Source: a bacterium (GTDB lineage: Bacteria; Patescibacteriota; CG2-30-54-11). From it: a stretch of DNA of 45,234 bases. The position numbers and the translations under genes are program-made. Of the stretch, positions 44,226-45,234 are shown in pieces. A model generated the notes under the pieces. That model saw nothing but the letters and a program-made list of their open reading frames with translations, searched no databases and had not been told where the DNA came from. The stretch lies in assembly GCA_029573015.1 (NCBI GenBank), contig JAKQHK010000077.1, positions 1-45,234 of the forward strand, given 5' to 3'. Numbering within the stretch: the stretch's first letter is position 1; each line of letters begins with the position of its first letter.

Positions 44226-45234
44226 TTATTTGGTTGTAACCAGCTGCTCTGCTGATTTCTGGATTTTTTCCGCAGTTGCCATACGGATCCCGGGGATCAG
44301 GGACAACTGGGATATGGTGGCACTGGCTACCTTGGCGACGGTTTGATAGCCGGCATCATACAGCTTTTCGGCAGATGCCGGTCCCACACCCTCGAGCTGT
44401 GACAGTTCGGCTACGGCAGTATCCTTGTCGATCACCGGCAGCTCATCGACTGGTGCAGGTGCCTCCGGGATCGCAGGCTGGACCTCTGCCTGAACTGGCG
44501 CTGGCTCACTCTGTACCGGTTCTTCCCTCTCGAGCACTGCAAGCTCCTCTGGTTCCGGAGGCAGTGGTTCTGCCGGTGCGGTAACGGACGGAGGAGGCGG
44601 ATTCTTGCCTGTCTCTCCTTCGAGGGCTTCGGGATTGGACTGTTTGAAACTCAAACCCAGCCGCTGTCCTTCGCGGTCAAGCAGGATAATCTTGAAATCA
44701 GCCTCCTGACCTTCCTGCAGGACATCAGCCGGATCTTTCACATGGAATGCGGAAAGCTCCGAGATATGCACGAGACCATCGAACCCGGGTTCGAGCTGGA
44801 CAAACGCGCCATAGTCAACAATCTTGGTAACTTTGCCTTTGATGACCTGACCCATCTCATACTTCTGGGCGATCTTCAGCCAGGGGCTTTCCTTGAGCTG
44901 CTTCATGCTGAGGGAAACCCGACGGGCTCCCTCCTCGATGCCGATGACCTTGACCTCGACTTCCTCGCCGACTTTCACGAGATCACCGGGATGATTGACA
45001 CGGTCCCAGGACATCTCGGAAATATGAACCAGACCGCTTGCCGAACCAAGATCGACGAATATCCCAAAGTCCTTGATGGCAACCACGCGGCCTTTGACCG
45101 TATCTCCGACCTTGAAATCAAGCTCCTCGACGGGTTTGAAACCCTTGGTGTGCTGGAGATAGGTCCGTTCCGAAAGAATCAACCGATTGGTGGCACGCTC
45201 GTATTCGATGATCTCGGTGGTGAACTCCTCACCG
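44226..45234 (-). CDS. rpsA: 30S ribosomal protein S1-like protein with a C-terminal helix-hairpin-helix tail, 5'-partial
   Basis: Repeated S1 OB-fold motifs (GDTVKGRVVAIKDFGIFVDLG, GQVIKGKVTKIVDYGAFVQL). The C-terminus LEGVGPASAEKLYDAGY...IPGIRMATAEKI is HhH-like. The frame stays open to the window end (..GEEFTTEIIEYERATNRLILSER..). Confidence 0.85.
   Translation of the reverse strand, partial: GEEFTTEIIEYERATNRLILSERTYLQHTKGFKPVEELDFKVGDTVKGRVVAIKDFGIFVDLGSASGLVHISEMSWDRVNHPGDLVKVGEEVEVKVIGIEEGARRVSLSMKQLKESPWLKIAQKYEMGQVIKGKVTKIVDYGAFVQLEPGFDGLVHISELSAFHVKDPADVLQEGQEADFKIILLDREGQRLGLSFKQSNPEALEGETGKNPPPPSVTAPAEPLPPEPEELAVLEREEPVQSEPAPVQAEVQPAIPEAPAPVDELPVIDKDTAVAELSQLEGVGPASAEKLYDAGYQTVAKVASATISQLSLIPGIRMATAEKIQKSAEQLVTTK

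Overview
This is a 45.2-kb bacterial chromosomal window that is almost fully coding: about 47 protein genes, and no rRNA, tRNA or CRISPR array that I could see. The standard genetic code appears to be in use.

Positions 1-22 kb are mostly housekeeping genes on the minus strand:
- nrdJ-nrdR, preceded by a textbook promoter with two NrdR boxes.
- A GT-C glycosyltransferase, miaA, a CsaA-like tRNA-binding protein and corA.
- The infC-rpmI-rplT-pheS block.
- An M16 peptidase, then a nucleotidyltransferase / NTF2-like / DsbA operon.
- An ExeA-like AAA+ protein with C-terminal AT-hooks.
- Divergently transcribed yidC and a rhodanese gene.
- A 688-aa acidic surface protein made of thrombospondin-type-3-like calcium-binding repeats, and a metallophosphoesterase.
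- An NLP/Vps62-like gene that looks split by a frameshift, and a TMEM43/DUF1625 membrane protein.

Positions 22-45 kb form one co-directional minus-strand run carrying most of de novo purine synthesis: purF, purN, purM, purD, purB, purA, a PAICS-like purC-purE(class II) fusion, and purH. Two mevalonate-pathway genes (mvk, mvaD) are interleaved with these, and ftsH and a partial rpsA lie at the upstream end.

This run is interrupted repeatedly by visibly AT-richer genes that are mostly unrecognisable:
- A PH-like membrane protein.
- A RayT/IS200-like Y1 transposase homologue plus an EamA transporter.
- Two tandem 92-aa zinc-ribbon paralogues.
- A DUF554 protein and a protein with three winged-helix-like segments.
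- A GNAT acetyltransferase flanked by membrane proteins.

The most unusual non-genic structures are:
1. A roughly 560-bp opposite-strand mini-cassette between mvaD and purC-purE. It is bounded by a perfect 30-nt direct repeat and carries a near-consensus promoter whose 17-nt spacer is an (AGT)6 microsatellite.
2. Families of hairpin repeats.
3. Degenerate heptanucleotide tandem arrays filling several intergenic spacers.

All calls come from reading motifs by eye. No database search, alignment statistic or exact GC calculation was possible.
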